DNA of 64,000 nucleotides, taken from Octopus sinensis. Lineage: Eukaryota. The stretch's first letter is position 1, and each line of letters opens with the position of its first letter. The notes under the pieces were generated by a model that was not told the DNA's origin, did not search any database, and saw nothing but the letters and a program-made list of their open reading frames with translations. The DNA lies in assembly GCF_006345805.1 (NCBI RefSeq), contig NW_021832425.1, forward strand, positions 1-64,000. The letters run 5' to 3'. This document shows, piece after piece, positions 62,791-64,000 of the stretch. Both the position numbers and the translations under genes were made by a program.

Positions 62791-63064
62791 CAAATATAAC
62801 TTTGATAGTTGAAACCACATTAGCACAATCATTAACACAATTTACCACCAATTGACAGCGCAATCAGAAGAATTTGCGTATAAAAATATTATTAACTATT
62901 TACTTGAGTTTTTCGTAAAGATAGAATTATTTTCGGTATGCCTCTTTTCCTAAACTTTTTATTATTCAAAATAATTTTTTAAATAGATAACCGAAGGAGG
63001 AAAAACGAAGCTGAAGAAAAAACGGTCAGCTTAATAAGGTAATTAATTAATCTTTTGTGTGTCG

Positions 63065-64000
63065 CCTCATATGGGATTAAGACTTTGTGCAATAGAGTTG
63101 CGTGGATTCAGGCCTGGGCGATCAACTGCAGATGTAGTATGGGGACATAGATGGATCTGTGCCATATCTCAGAAATTTAAAATGGCGACCACAATATTGG
63201 GCATTGATATGAGCAGGGCATTTGATACAATCCGCAGAGACAAGCTAATGGAGATCCTCAAAACCATTCTTGACAATGACTCGATCAGAATGGTTCGAGC
63301 ACTACTTATAGACACCGAGTTAACGGTGAAGATCGGACCCGTACAATCAAGATCTTTCAAAACAAGCATTGGAACGCCCCAAGGTGATTCAATATCACTG
63401 TACTATTCATTGTCTATCTTGAAGCGGCACTAAGAGATCTGAGAAAACTAGTGAAGACTACTTCAATAACTGAAGTGATATATGCCGACGATGTAGACTT
63501 TTGTCTCATGATAAGTCGACACTCGAAGAACTGCTGAACATTGCTCCTCATGCACTGGAAAAATGGTTCTTAAAAGTGAACATAGAAAAAAACCGAATAT
63601 GTAACAATCAACCGGGAGGCAAATAGAACAGACGAAAAATGGCGAAACTCGAAAAAAGTTGGAACTCTTTTAGGAGATAGTGAAGACATTATGAGGAGAA
63701 AGATGCTATCGACTGTTGCACTTAACAAACTGCGGACCACTTGGCTACGAAACCGCGAGGTTGGAACGGCCTTACGTGCCAAATTATACAATGCTTTTAT
63801 TAAACCCATACTTTTGTACAACGGAGGAACATGGGGAATATCTGAGTCTGAATCAAAATCTCTTGATGCATTCCATAGAAGACAGTTAAGAATTCTTATT
63901 GGCATCAACTGGCCAAAGAAAATCAAGAACTCCACCCTATACAATATCTGCAACAGCAGACCCGTCAGTGTGGACATTACCGAAGCACGTTGGCGCCTAT
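63065..64000 (+). mobile_element. RTE-clade LINE (RT) preceded by an inverted 5'UTR piece; runs off the window
   Basis: GFRPGRSTAD, IDMSRAFDTI, GTPQGDS and YADD. 63065-63103 is the reverse complement of the family's 5'UTR/start seen at 11949-11989. Confidence 0.9.

Larger units (their letters stand above)
60386..63066 (+). mobile_element. Non-autonomous Helitron, copy 2 (3' part not seen; interrupted by CRE and RTE)
   Basis: A|TC start and colinear with 6041-7920. Confidence 0.92.

Overview
AT-rich eukaryotic genomic DNA. It is probably from an animal with extremely short introns, mostly 22-33 nt (inferred from a RIOK3-type kinase and an Ig/FN3 adhesion protein). Most of the window is nested, mostly decayed transposable elements. 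DNA elements: Tc1/mariner, pogo, hAT, Ginger/GIN-like integrase transposons and two non-autonomous Helitrons carrying internal satellites. Non-LTR retrotransposons: about 15 CRE-like RT-RLE pieces, an R4/HERO-like RT-RLE family, RTE and L2/Jockey-group. Host genes are a compact island at 36.7-46.0 kb (GLUT sugar transporter, p47/NSFL1C, MBOAT acyltransferase, RIOK3), an Ig-Ig-Ig-FN3-TM gene at 54.7-56.3 kb, one tRNA-Met and an intron-poor orphan ORF at 9.7-10.8 kb. The most interesting signals are: a CRE-like retrotransposon with an N-terminal PHD finger and no apparent site specificity; integrase transposons with micro-introns at conserved positions; three 5'-inverted (twin-priming-like) non-L1 insertions; a Helitron satellite that may derive from helicase coding sequence; and a 582-bp TGT..ACA element with hairpin ends. 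All calls were made by eye with no database searches. Boundaries not anchored by a TSD or TIR are approximate, and some homopolymer frameshifts may be sequencing error.
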